DNA of 61,599 nt, from positions 1 through 61,599 of the IMG/VR virus record IMGVR_UViG_3300006030_000002; one strand, written 5' to 3'. Positions 37,561-45,999 of this stretch are shown here, one piece after another. The stretch comes from a virus (Duplodnaviria; Caudoviricetes). The position numbers were made by a program, and so were the translations under genes. Numbering within the stretch: position 1 is the stretch's first letter; the number at the start of each line of letters is the position of its first letter. The notes beneath the pieces were generated by a model, which saw only the letters and a program-made list of their open reading frames with translations, did not search any database and was not told the origin of the DNA.

Positions 37561-38418
37561 ATGCTAGTTTTTGAGAAACCGAACGCGAGTGTCGTGCCTG
37601 AAATTAGTTTGGTGACGATGCTCAACGCATTGAGTGTCGGGCACGTGAGCCGGTATCCGATCAACGTCAAGTATCGTATGGCGAGTGAGGCGTGGCTCGT
37701 GGATAGCCGCCTACCATTCAACGAGTGGACGAAGGAAGAGGCGATTGCAATCATTAATCTTTCAAAGAACGACGATGGCAAGGATGAATATCACCTGTAT
37801 AGCAAACGCATCAAGAATGAGAAGTTCAATAATTTCTCACCCGGATACAACACTCGCCAAACCTCCGATGCGAAGAAAGCCTTGAGGCAACTGAAAGATA
37901 TTGCTACGTCCTTGGAGCCGAAAGAACTTGCACGGCGTAGCGAAAGTATCTATATGGAAATGAATTCGTGGGCGCGTGAACCCGTAGGCGAAATAAACAG
38001 CCTTGTCTCGCAAGTGCGTCGTGAAGATGTGCTCAACGAAGTGCTGTATCTCGCCTCTGTGGGTGTTCAGTTCAAGTCAGACATATTCAAGAAAATCAGC
38101 GTACACGGGCGAGAATTGCAACTGGAAGCGATACGCAGGGAGAAAGCCGCGTCATCTGAAAACACGTTTGTTCTTTACGTGTACCAACAACCTGATGGGA
38201 TCGTTAGTGTTATCGCGGATGGCAGGATGAATTCGGGCATGGCAAACCTGTCATGGACTTACGAGAACATGGAGTCCGTGCCTGATGTCATACGGCAACA
38301 AATTGCTCTGTTGAATCTGTGCGAAGAGGACAAGTACGTTCCCGAGGTCGGCAAGCGCGATCCGCAGAAAGGCTACTGGGTTCAGGTGGACAGGGAAAAA
38401 TTCACGCCCTCCACTTGA
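37561..38418 (+). CDS. hypothetical protein
   Basis: 285 aa; GGGAGAGTGAC RBS. Confidence 0.8.
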   Translation: MLVFEKPNASVVPEISLVTMLNALSVGHVSRYPINVKYRMASEAWLVDSRLPFNEWTKEEAIAIINLSKNDDGKDEYHLYSKRIKNEKFNNFSPGYNTRQTSDAKKALRQLKDIATSLEPKELARRSESIYMEMNSWAREPVGEINSLVSQVRREDVLNEVLYLASVGVQFKSDIFKKISVHGRELQLEAIRREKAASSENTFVLYVYQQPDGIVSVIADGRMNSGMANLSWTYENMESVPDVIRQQIALLNLCEEDKYVPEVGKRDPQKGYWVQVDREKFTPST

Positions 38419-38443
38419 CGCATGCCTCATGCTTCCATATATT
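38415..38443 (+). promoter_or_regulatory. sigma70 promoter
   Basis: TTGACG-17-TATATT. Confidence 0.65.
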
Positions 38444-38467
38444 GAAAGGGTTGGACTAACTGTAACT

Positions 38468-38770
38468 ATGCTTCAATCAAATAACTTACGGTACGTAGTC
38501 ATTGCGCATGTGTGGGACAACGGGGACATCGACTACATCAACGTGCTCGACAACAAGATGCTGACCACAGAGGTACTGGACGGACGGTTGGTGCCTGACT
38601 GGGTGCGTGAGCGTGTAGCGTTGTTGCGGTTGTGTGATGTCAACAAAACAGGACAAGGAGAAATTCTCGGCAGAAAATTTACAGACCATATGATCTACGT
38701 GTACCTGAACCACAAAGAACATAAGCAACTAACAAAGATATCCAACTCAACTCAAGGAGCAGAGCAGTGA
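38468..38770 (+). CDS. hypothetical protein
   Basis: Start placed after the promoter; VPDWVRERVALLRLC resembles VPDVIRQQIALLNLC of the upstream gene. Confidence 0.6.
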   Translation: MLQSNNLRYVVIAHVWDNGDIDYINVLDNKMLTTEVLDGRLVPDWVRERVALLRLCDVNKTGQGEILGRKFTDHMIYVYLNHKEHKQLTKISNSTQGAEQ

Positions 38771-39174
38771 AACTCACCAAAATACAGAAGATCACCAACT
38801 ACGCAAAGAACCACCCTGAAGGGTTCTCCCCCAAGCAACTCATGGAGGACACGAAAATCAAGGACAAAAACATTTGGGTTACTCTGTCCAAGATGAAGAA
38901 GCAGGGCTTGCTGAAGCACAATACCAAGACGCGCAAGTACAAACTATTAAATACGTTTAATAAACCGGGGAAGGTGAAACTTGATCCGGCGCGTGAGAAC
39001 GATGTGCAAACCATCTCCTACTTGGTGGATCAGACGGTTGACTTGGCCACCGCTAGGGATGAAGCCAACAAGAAGTATGAGGATGCGCTTGCCATCATCC
39101 GCTACTTGGAGCACAAGTTGATCACCTCCATCCAGTACGCTACGCGCAGCGATGACGCCCGAGGCAAAGGTTAA
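38767..39174 (+). CDS. winged-helix DNA-binding protein (putative)
   Basis: FSPKQLMEDT.IKDKNIWVTLSKMKKQGLLKH...YKL pattern plus C-terminal coiled coil; AAGGAG RBS. Confidence 0.6.
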   Translation: MKLTKIQKITNYAKNHPEGFSPKQLMEDTKIKDKNIWVTLSKMKKQGLLKHNTKTRKYKLLNTFNKPGKVKLDPARENDVQTISYLVDQTVDLATARDEANKKYEDALAIIRYLEHKLITSIQYATRSDDARGKG

Positions 39175-39445
39175 GAAGAAGGTCGTTGCCATACTGAAAG
39201 AGTGTGGCGCGTACTACTTCTACCCAGTCACGGGTGGCTATGGTCGCTCGGGGGTTCCTGACATTGTGGCGTGTTGGAAGGGACGGTTCATCGGCATCGA
39301 GTGTAAAGCCGGGGACAACACCACCACACCGCTGCAAGAGAAGAACCTCCGAGAGATCAGAGAAAGCGGTGGTACAGCCTTGGTCATCACAGAGAAAGAA
39401 ATACCTTGGCTCACGAACGCAGTACGAAACAACCTTCTCTTCTAA
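39152..39445 (+). CDS. VRR-NUC domain nuclease
   Basis: PEAKVK...GVPDIVAC..GRFIGIECKAG....TPLQ. Confidence 0.85.
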   Translation: MTPEAKVKKKVVAILKECGAYYFYPVTGGYGRSGVPDIVACWKGRFIGIECKAGDNTTTPLQEKNLREIRESGGTALVITEKEIPWLTNAVRNNLLF

Positions 39446-39660
39446 AGCCCCGTGCTAGGCCAAGCGATGGGAAGCGGCTTCGGACATTACGATTTGTTCG
39501 GAGTCGTTTCTCTGCTTGCGCATCAGACGTTGCGGCTTACTTGCGCGTGAGCAAGCGTCAGGCATCCCGTTACCTCCTCCACCTGACGAACGAGAATCTC
39601 ATTTATCCCCGACACCAAGTCGGTAATGCCATATACTTTTCCCAACGGAGAAAACAATGA
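39406..39660 (+). CDS. HTH protein (start uncertain)
   Basis: ASDVAAYLRVSKRQASRYLLHL. Confidence 0.5.
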   Translation: MAHERSTKQPSLLKPRARPSDGKRLRTLRFVRSRFSACASDVAAYLRVSKRQASRYLLHLTNENLIYPRHQVGNAIYFSQRRKQ

Positions 39661-39950
39661 AGTTCCAAAACCTCATGCTTGCCATGCAACTGGCTCGGGT
39701 GAACAACCTTAACACTACCGACATCTTTATTCTTAACGAGGTCTTTTGCGCCGATAACAACACAACTACTGTCATGAAGATTGTGGAGCAGAAGTTTGCG
39801 TCACACGTTACAATCCATAACCACCTCAAAAAACTATGCAAAGCGGGGTTCCTCATCAAAAAAGAGCACCCCAAAAACATGCGGTTCAAAAGCGTCGAAC
39901 CGGGCGAAGAATTTGTAACCTTCCTACGTAAGTTGGGGGAAATCGAATGA
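39657..39950 (+). CDS. MarR-like winged-helix protein
   Basis: SHVTIHNHLKKLCKAGFL...NMRFKSV; GGAG RBS. Confidence 0.6.
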   Translation: MKFQNLMLAMQLARVNNLNTTDIFILNEVFCADNNTTTVMKIVEQKFASHVTIHNHLKKLCKAGFLIKKEHPKNMRFKSVEPGEEFVTFLRKLGEIE

Positions 39951-40063
39951 ACAAGTTCACGCCAAGAACGCGCCGACTTACCCCACGTGAAGAGCAACTG
40001 ACCAAGCGCAAGCGGCGCATCAAAGATCGGATGGCAAACGAAAGCCGGAAAAAGAACAGATGA
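39947..40063 (+). CDS. 38-aa Arg/Lys-rich peptide
   Basis: ATGA overlaps at both ends; MNKFTPRTRRLTPREEQLTKRKRRIKDRMANESRKKNR. Confidence 0.5.
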   Translation: MNKFTPRTRRLTPREEQLTKRKRRIKDRMANESRKKNR

Positions 40064-40380
40064 AATGCATGAAGTGTAGTTACGCCACAGAAGTTATTGA
40101 GACGCAGAAGTTTGATACGTTTGTTTGGCGTCGGCGTAGGTGCATGAAGTGCGATCATCGGTTCTCAACCCACGAGACATTTGTCGAGACAGCGCAGACA
40201 ACAAGACTGTCAACCAAGCCAAAGCCTGATCAAAAGCCGAAGGTAATAAGAAGGGTAGTCCCCGTTCCAAAAAACAACATCACCAAGTTGCCGGTGGTGA
40301 ATAAGCGCAGACTGATTGAATCCCTACGAGAAGAACTAGAAAGAAAAAACCGAGAATGTGATGGCGATACTGACGATTGA
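40060..40380 (+). CDS. NrdR-N-like zinc-ribbon protein
   Basis: MKCMKC...RRRRCMKCDHRFSTHE. Confidence 0.7.
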   Translation: MKCMKCSYATEVIETQKFDTFVWRRRRCMKCDHRFSTHETFVETAQTTRLSTKPKPDQKPKVIRRVVPVPKNNITKLPVVNKRRLIESLREELERKNRECDGDTDD

Positions 40381-42187
40381 CTTTGAAACTTATTACGACA
40401 AGGCTTTCAGCCTCTCGAAGCTAACCACAGAAGAATACGTACGCCACGATTTGTTTGAGGTTATTGGCGTAGCCATAGCCGAGGACAAGAATGAACCGCA
40501 GTGGTTTAGCGGAACACACCAAGAAGTTGCTGCGTGGCTGCGGCAGTTTGACTGGGCGAACTCGTTTGTTCTTGCGCACAACACCCAATTCGATGGGGCA
40601 ATCCTGTCATGGAAGTTTGGCATCAAGCCGAAGGCGTGGCTCGATACGCTGTGCATGGCGCGGGCGATACATGGGGTGGATGCGGGCGGTAGTCTCAAGG
40701 CACTTGCCGAACGCTACAACATAGGAGTCAAAGGGGATGAAGTTATTAGTGCGATTGGCAAACGGCGTACTGATTTTGATTCTGAAAGCCTTGCTGCTTA
40801 CGGTAACTATTGCATCAATGATGTTGGTCTTACCTTTAGTTTGTTTAATAAGTTTCTTGACGGGTTTCCCTCCAAGGAACTCAAGGTCATAGACTGCACC
40901 CTGCGCATGTTCATCGAGCCGAAGTTGGTGTTGGACACGGCGCTCTTGAAGCAGCACTTGGAGAACGTAAAAACAAACAAGGCAAAGTTGCTTGAGGCTG
41001 CGGCCACCGACCGAGACATCCTCATGTCTAACGACAAGTTTGCAGAACTTCTTCTCAAGCTCGGCGTAGACCCACCCAAGAAGATCTCTGCCCGTACTGG
41101 CAAGGAAGCATGGGCATTCGCCAAAACCGATGAGAACTTCAAGGCGTTGCTTGAGCATCCTGATCCGAAGATACAGACCTTGGTCGGTGCTCGGTTGGGG
41201 ACCAAGACCACTCTTGAGGAAACACGTACAGAGAGGTTTATACAAATCTCCGAACGTGGTCCTTTGCCGGTACCTATTAAATACTACGCAGCCCATACTG
41301 GGCGGTGGGGCGGTGATGACAAGATCAATCTTCAGAATCTTCCGAGCCGTGGGCAGAACGCCGGTAAGTTGAAGAAAGCCATTCAAGCCCCCGAGGGCTA
41401 CGTGGTCATCGATTGCGACTCCAGTCAGATCGAAGCGCGGACGGTGGCGTGGTTGGCGGGGCAGGATGACTTGGTTGAAGCGTTCGCCAAGGGTGAAGAT
41501 GTTTATAAGATCATGGCCTCTGCCATCTACAACAAACCCGCCGAAGAAGTAACCAAGGAAGAACGGTTCGTCGGCAAGACTACGATTCTTGGCGCGGGGT
41601 ACGGCATGGGCGCCAAGAAGTTTCAGGCGCAGTTAAAGACATTCGGTGTGGACATAGAAGAGCAGGAAGCCCAACGCATCATCAGCGTCTATCGGGGTAC
41701 GTACAAGCACATCCCCGCGTTGTGGAAACAAGGACAGCGGTGCATCGAGGCAATGGTCACGAACAATGCGGCTGACTACGGGGTTGTTGATGCCGTAAAG
41801 TTTGACGCCCGTAGACAGGGGTTTCTCCTACCAAGTGGTTTATGGCAGCGGTATGAAGGTGTACGTACAACTACTACCCCTGAAGGCAACGAGGAATATG
41901 TTTATGACACACGGCGAGGCGCGGTCAAGATCTATGGTGGCAAGCTGACCGAGAACATCTGCCAAGCCTTGGCACGGTGCGTGATTGCCGAACAGATGCT
42001 GAAAATCGGCAATAAGTATCAGGTGGTCTTGACAGTACACGACGCTGTGTGCTGTGTTGCACCCGAAGAAGAAGCCGACGAGGCTCGGGCGTACGTTGAG
42101 GAGTGCATGCGTTGGCGTCCCGATTGGGCGCAGACGTTACCTTTGAATTGTGAATCGGGAATGGGGAAGAGTTATGGAGAGTGCTAA
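40361..42187 (+). CDS. polA: DNA polymerase family A with 3'-5' exonuclease
   Basis: IDFET, AHNTQFD, NLQNLP, motif A DSSQIEAR, motif B RFVGKTTILGAGYG, motif C TVHD. Confidence 0.95.
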   Translation: MAILTIDFETYYDKAFSLSKLTTEEYVRHDLFEVIGVAIAEDKNEPQWFSGTHQEVAAWLRQFDWANSFVLAHNTQFDGAILSWKFGIKPKAWLDTLCMARAIHGVDAGGSLKALAERYNIGVKGDEVISAIGKRRTDFDSESLAAYGNYCINDVGLTFSLFNKFLDGFPSKELKVIDCTLRMFIEPKLVLDTALLKQHLENVKTNKAKLLEAAATDRDILMSNDKFAELLLKLGVDPPKKISARTGKEAWAFAKTDENFKALLEHPDPKIQTLVGARLGTKTTLEETRTERFIQISERGPLPVPIKYYAAHTGRWGGDDKINLQNLPSRGQNAGKLKKAIQAPEGYVVIDCDSSQIEARTVAWLAGQDDLVEAFAKGEDVYKIMASAIYNKPAEEVTKEERFVGKTTILGAGYGMGAKKFQAQLKTFGVDIEEQEAQRIISVYRGTYKHIPALWKQGQRCIEAMVTNNAADYGVVDAVKFDARRQGFLLPSGLWQRYEGVRTTTTPEGNEEYVYDTRRGAVKIYGGKLTENICQALARCVIAEQMLKIGNKYQVVLTVHDAVCCVAPEEEADEARAYVEECMRWRPDWAQTLPLNCESGMGKSYGEC

Positions 42188-42581
42188 AAGAAACGAGACA
42201 AAAATTAGACGGCGCTTTGCTCTTTATCTACGACGGCAAAGTTATACATACGAAGAGATCGGTAAGTTTTTTCGCGTAAGCACTAGTCGGGCATATGAAT
42301 TGGTAGCTGCGGGTAAAAAGCAGATATTGTCGGACATATGGGAAACAGACTTGGCTCACGAAAAAGCCATCGAACTGACGGGGCAAATCTTTCACGGATT
42401 GCCGTTACTTGTGCGGTATCAAAAAGAAATTGAACATTTATTTGAGGATATGAATGAGCGACATCATCGACTACGCAATGCCGTGCATGAAAGCGGAACG
42501 AGCACTGAAGAAGCTGCACGACGCGATGTTGGCACGGGATTACAACGAGGCACTAATACAAGCGACTCACGCAATCGTTGA
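42174..42581 (+). CDS. sigma region 4-like HTH protein
   Basis: YTYEEIGKFFRVSTSRAYELV. Confidence 0.5.
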   Translation: MESAKRNETKIRRRFALYLRRQSYTYEEIGKFFRVSTSRAYELVAAGKKQILSDIWETDLAHEKAIELTGQIFHGLPLLVRYQKEIEHLFEDMNERHHRLRNAVHESGTSTEEAARRDVGTGLQRGTNTSDSRNR

Positions 42582-42654
42582 AGCAAGACTCGCACGTACC
42601 GCAATCCTTCACGAAAAGGAGCAACATGAGCAAAGACGAGGAATACCTACGTGA
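42454..42654 (+). CDS. hypothetical protein
   Basis: 66 aa; GAGGA RBS. Confidence 0.6.
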   Translation: MSDIIDYAMPCMKAERALKKLHDAMLARDYNEALIQATHAIVEARLARTAILHEKEQHEQRRGIPT

Positions 42655-42832
42655 CTTCATGGCGATGTTTGCCATGTTGGGGTTGATAGGAAAAAATTTA
42701 CCTGACGATGAATTTGTTTCGGTACGGGCTTATGAAATGGCAGATGCCATGATGACCGCACGGGCTATCACGCCCGACAAAGAGGGTATCGCTGCCATCA
42801 AGCCGAGAAAAAAATATGAGCGCAAAGCCTAG
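42626..42832 (+). CDS. hypothetical protein
   Basis: AAGGAG RBS; LRDFMAMFAM...AYEMADAMM. Confidence 0.7.
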   Translation: MSKDEEYLRDFMAMFAMLGLIGKNLPDDEFVSVRAYEMADAMMTARAITPDKEGIAAIKPRKKYERKA

Positions 42833-43499
42833 TTACACATGGTCTTACTCGTCTCTTGACCTGTTCAAGCAGTGTCCGCACAAGTATTACCGACTCAAAG
42901 TTAAGAAGGACATAACCGAACCGCTATCGGATGCCATCATCTATGGAAACCGTGCGCACAAGGCTGCGGAGGAATACATCAAGAACGACACCCCGATCCC
43001 CAAAGAGTTTGAATTCATGCAGCGTCCATTGCAGACGCTGAAGGAGAAGGAGGGGGAAAAGCTGTGCGAGTTTCGCATGGGGTTGACATACCAGTTGGAG
43101 CCGTGCAAATTCTTGGATCAGAACGTGTGGTGGCGGGGTATCGCGGATCTAATTGTGCTTCAGCCTGACCGCGCTTGGATCGTGGACTACAAAACGGGCA
43201 AGTCATCCAAGTATGCAGATGTGAAGCAGTTGGAGTTGATGGCGCTGTCGGTGTTCAAGCACTTCCCACAAGTGCAGAAAGTAAAAGCAGGACTTCTGTT
43301 TGTTGTGGCAAATGATTTTGTAAAAGCCGACTTCCATGCACGCGATGAGTTTGTGATGTGGCGTCCATGGTTTGAAGACACCGAGCGGTTGGAGAAGGCG
43401 TTGGAACTGGATGTATGGAACCCACGCCCAAACTTCACATGCAAGGGGTGGTGTCCTGTTACCGACTGTACTCATTGGGAACCAAAGAGGGGTAAGTAA
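42816..43499 (+). CDS. PD-(D/E)XK Cas4-like exonuclease
   Basis: SYSSL...CP, GIADL, IVDYKTG, QLEL, C-terminal CKGWCPVTDC. Confidence 0.85.
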   Translation: MSAKPSYTWSYSSLDLFKQCPHKYYRLKVKKDITEPLSDAIIYGNRAHKAAEEYIKNDTPIPKEFEFMQRPLQTLKEKEGEKLCEFRMGLTYQLEPCKFLDQNVWWRGIADLIVLQPDRAWIVDYKTGKSSKYADVKQLELMALSVFKHFPQVQKVKAGLLFVVANDFVKADFHARDEFVMWRPWFEDTERLEKALELDVWNPRPNFTCKGWCPVTDCTHWEPKRGK

Positions 43500-43664
43500 A
43501 TGACCCGAGCGGATGCGATGCAGATTGCTCTTGATGCGCTTTTGACTTGCCGCCTTGAAGGGGATGGATGGTCGGGACCGAATCAGGTCTATGACGAAGC
43601 CAAGGTGCAAGCGGCGATCAAGGCGCTCGATACTTTCTTGAAGGATGAGGAAAAGTCAGCATGA
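43500..43664 (+). CDS. hypothetical protein (54 aa, below ORF-track cutoff)
   Basis: GAGGGG RBS; fills the gap; ATGA overlap with next gene. Confidence 0.55.
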   Translation: MTRADAMQIALDALLTCRLEGDGWSGPNQVYDEAKVQAAIKALDTFLKDEEKSA

Positions 43665-43906
43665 AAGAGCAGACCTTGAGGGATGTAATCCACGACGCGG
43701 TTGAACGCCCCAAGCACTATACGAACCATCCTAGCGGGGTGGAATGTGTGGACATTACAGAACATATGAACTTCTGCCTTGGAAACGCTGTAAAATATAT
43801 TTGGAGAGCCGATCTTAAAAACGATGCTATCGAAGATCTGCGTAAGGCGGCTTGGTACATCCAAAGAGAAATTGCACGAAGGGAGAAATTAAATGGCAAA
43901 GCGTAA
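43661..43906 (+). CDS. DUF3310 (T7 gp1.7-like nucleotide kinase family)
   Basis: V.RPKHY...ECVD...FCLGNAVKYIWRA..K...EDLRKAAWY. Confidence 0.85.
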   Translation: MKEQTLRDVIHDAVERPKHYTNHPSGVECVDITEHMNFCLGNAVKYIWRADLKNDAIEDLRKAAWYIQREIARREKLNGKA

Positions 43907-44177
43907 CTACGCGCAGGAGTACGAGCGGTATCAAGGGACTCCCGAACAGGTCAAGAAGCGCATGGCACGTAACCGTGCGCGGTACAAGCTGATGAAAGAG
44001 GGCAAGGTCCGCAAGGGTGATGGCATGGACGTTGCCCACGTGAAAGCACTCGACAAGGGCGGCACGAACGGTGACGGGTTGAAGGTGCAGTCTCGGTCAG
44101 CCAACCGTTCGTTCAAGCGTGACAGCAAAGGCAACCTTGTGTCCGAGGTCAGCAAAAAAGAACGCAAACGGGGTTGA
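43893..44177 (+). CDS. small HNH-like protein
   Basis: DGMDVAHVKALDKGGTN...ANRS. Confidence 0.6.
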   Translation: MAKRNYAQEYERYQGTPEQVKKRMARNRARYKLMKEGKVRKGDGMDVAHVKALDKGGTNGDGLKVQSRSANRSFKRDSKGNLVSEVSKKERKRG

Positions 44178-44202
44178 CACGGTGCAGCCTCGGCGGTAAA
44201 TT
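44174..44202 (+). promoter_or_regulatory. sigma70 promoter
   Basis: TTGACA-17-TAAATT. Confidence 0.75.
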
Positions 44203-44204
44203 GT

Positions 44205-44396
44205 AGTCTCGTTGGAAGTGCGTTTCGGATTCAGGTGTGAGTGTATGAAACGCATCGTGACCCAAAGTCACTCTCCCAAGAACCACACCAGTCTGCGCGT
44301 TATTTAGGAGCGTGAGCAGACCGAGTGGCTACCGTAAGTAGCCAAGAATTTTCAACTCAAAAGACCACTTTTGGGTGTTTTACCATTGGAGAGTGT
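44205..44396 (+). ncRNA. putative structured sRNA / long 5' leader with anti-GGAGAGTG seed
   Basis: Five predicted hairpins plus a possible pseudoknot downstream of a consensus promoter; GTCACTCTCCCAA at 44267-44279. Confidence 0.55.
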
Positions 44397-45953
44397 GTGC
44401 AGATAATAGAAAACAAAGCGCTGCTGCTGAAGGTACGTGAGCCAAGCCGTATCACTGCGGTGATCCCGAAGTCAAAGCAGATCAGCGAACACGAAGTGTT
44501 GGTGAAGTGGGGACTGGAAGAAGTACAAGTCCTCAAGAACATGCGCATGAAGAACGTGCCCTCCCCCATCGAGGCGCATTACGATTGGCCCGGACTGTAC
44601 AGGCCGTTCGCCCACCAACGCACCACATCTGCCTTCCTCACCATGCACCGCCGTGCGTTCTGCTTCAACGAGCAGGGCACGGGCAAGACTTCAAGCGTGA
44701 TATGGGCGTCCGACTACTTGATGAAGATCGGCGCTATACGCAGGGTGCTCGTCATCTGCCCCCTGTCAATCATGTCATCCGCATGGGAAGCAGACCTGTT
44801 CAAGTTTGCCATGCACCGCACGGTGGCTATCGCCCACAGTTATTCACGAGACAAGCGTATTGACGCAGTGCAGTCCGAAGCTGAATACGTGATCATCAAC
44901 TACGACGGTTTGGGAATCATTGCGGACGCCGTAAAAGAAGCAGCGTTCGATTTAATCGTGGTAGACGAAGCCAACGCCTACAAAAATGTCAGCACGAGAC
45001 GTTGGAAAGTGTTGAATTCACTGATCAAGCCCGAGACTTGGGTATGGATGCTGACAGGAACACCCGCTGCCCAGTCACCTGTTGATGCGTACGGACTGGC
45101 AAAGATCGTCAACCCCAACGGCGTACCAAAGTTTTTTGGGTCATTCCGTGATCAGGTGATGAGCAAGATCACACAGTTCAAGTGGATACCAAAGAAGTCA
45201 GCCGAGCGTACGGTTCACGAAGCCCTGCAACCCGCGATCCGGTTCACCAAAGAAGAATGCCTTGACCTACCGGAGATGACGTACACGACGCGGGAAGTCC
45301 CCCTGACTCCACAGCAACAGAAGTATTACGAAATACTTCGCAAGAACATGGCGACGCACGCAGCCGGGGAGGAGATTACAACAATCAATGCTGCTGCCAA
45401 TCTTAATAAATTACTTCAATTGTCGTGTGGCGCGGTCTACTCGGATACTGGTGAGACTGTGGCGTTCGACGCCAAGAACAGGATGAGTGCGCTACTTGAG
45501 GTCATCGAGGAAGCAAGCCACAAAGTTATTGTATTTGCCCCGTTCAGACATGCCATCGAGATCATCACTTCAGAGCTTCGTGTAAACAAAATTGAATGTG
45601 AAATGATTCACGGCGGGGTGCCAGTCAACAAACGTACAGATATTTTTAATTCGTTCCAAACCACAGCATCACCACACGTTCTCGTCATTCAGCCCCAAGC
45701 TGCCGCGCACGGGGTAACTCTCCACGCTGCCAACGTGGTGGTGTGGTGGGGACCGATCACATCTACGGAAACTTATCTACAGGCGAACGCTCGTGTGCAT
45801 CGCGCTGGTCAACGTAACCCATGCACTGTTGTGCACATTGAAGGCAGCCCTGTCGAGAAGCGTATATATAAGATGTTGTCAGAGAAGATGGATATCCACA
45901 ACCGACTCGTTGAACTTTACAAAAATGAAATCGAAGAGGACTTGACAGTGTAA
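44397..45953 (+). CDS. SNF2-family (SF2) helicase
   Basis: GTG at 44397 after GGAGAGTG; EQGTGKT, VVDEA, LTGTP, QANARVHRAGQ. Confidence 0.9.
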   Translation: MQIIENKALLLKVREPSRITAVIPKSKQISEHEVLVKWGLEEVQVLKNMRMKNVPSPIEAHYDWPGLYRPFAHQRTTSAFLTMHRRAFCFNEQGTGKTSSVIWASDYLMKIGAIRRVLVICPLSIMSSAWEADLFKFAMHRTVAIAHSYSRDKRIDAVQSEAEYVIINYDGLGIIADAVKEAAFDLIVVDEANAYKNVSTRRWKVLNSLIKPETWVWMLTGTPAAQSPVDAYGLAKIVNPNGVPKFFGSFRDQVMSKITQFKWIPKKSAERTVHEALQPAIRFTKEECLDLPEMTYTTREVPLTPQQQKYYEILRKNMATHAAGEEITTINAAANLNKLLQLSCGAVYSDTGETVAFDAKNRMSALLEVIEEASHKVIVFAPFRHAIEIITSELRVNKIECEMIHGGVPVNKRTDIFNSFQTTASPHVLVIQPQAAAHGVTLHAANVVVWWGPITSTETYLQANARVHRAGQRNPCTVVHIEGSPVEKRIYKMLSEKMDIHNRLVELYKNEIEEDLTV

Positions 45954-45970
45954 TACACAGCCCCCATACT
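45942..45970 (+). promoter_or_regulatory. sigma70 promoter
   Basis: TTGACA-17-CATACT; spacer holds inverted repeat GTGTA-A-TACAC. Confidence 0.65.
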
Positions 45971-45999
45971 TAATTCAATCTGACAAAAGGAGAGTGCGA

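Larger units (their letters stand above)
29381..38963. repeat. dispersed 20-bp palindrome TWATTAAA-N4-TTTAATAA, 12 copies
   Basis: Copies start at 29381, 29426, 30379, 30872, 31297, 31790, 32455, 32861, 33882, 35213, 37527 and 38944; half-site near 34983. Confidence 0.92.

Noticed and set aside
29381-38963. Palindromes as CRISPR repeats, attC or dif/pdif sites
   Set aside because: Spacing is irregular and gene-sized, the sequence does not match XerC/XerD arms or attC cores, and no cas1 or tyrosine recombinase was recognised
42816-43499. Cas4-like gene as a CRISPR component
   Set aside because: Solo Cas4-like exonucleases are routine in phage replication modules; there is no array or other cas gene
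43893-44177. HNH gene as an intron or mobile homing element
   Set aside because: Free-standing and coupled to the upstream gene; terL and polA appear uninterrupted
44325-44396. N-terminal extension of the helicase in the ORF track
   Set aside because: GTG at 44397 has the RBS; the upstream part overlaps predicted RNA hairpins
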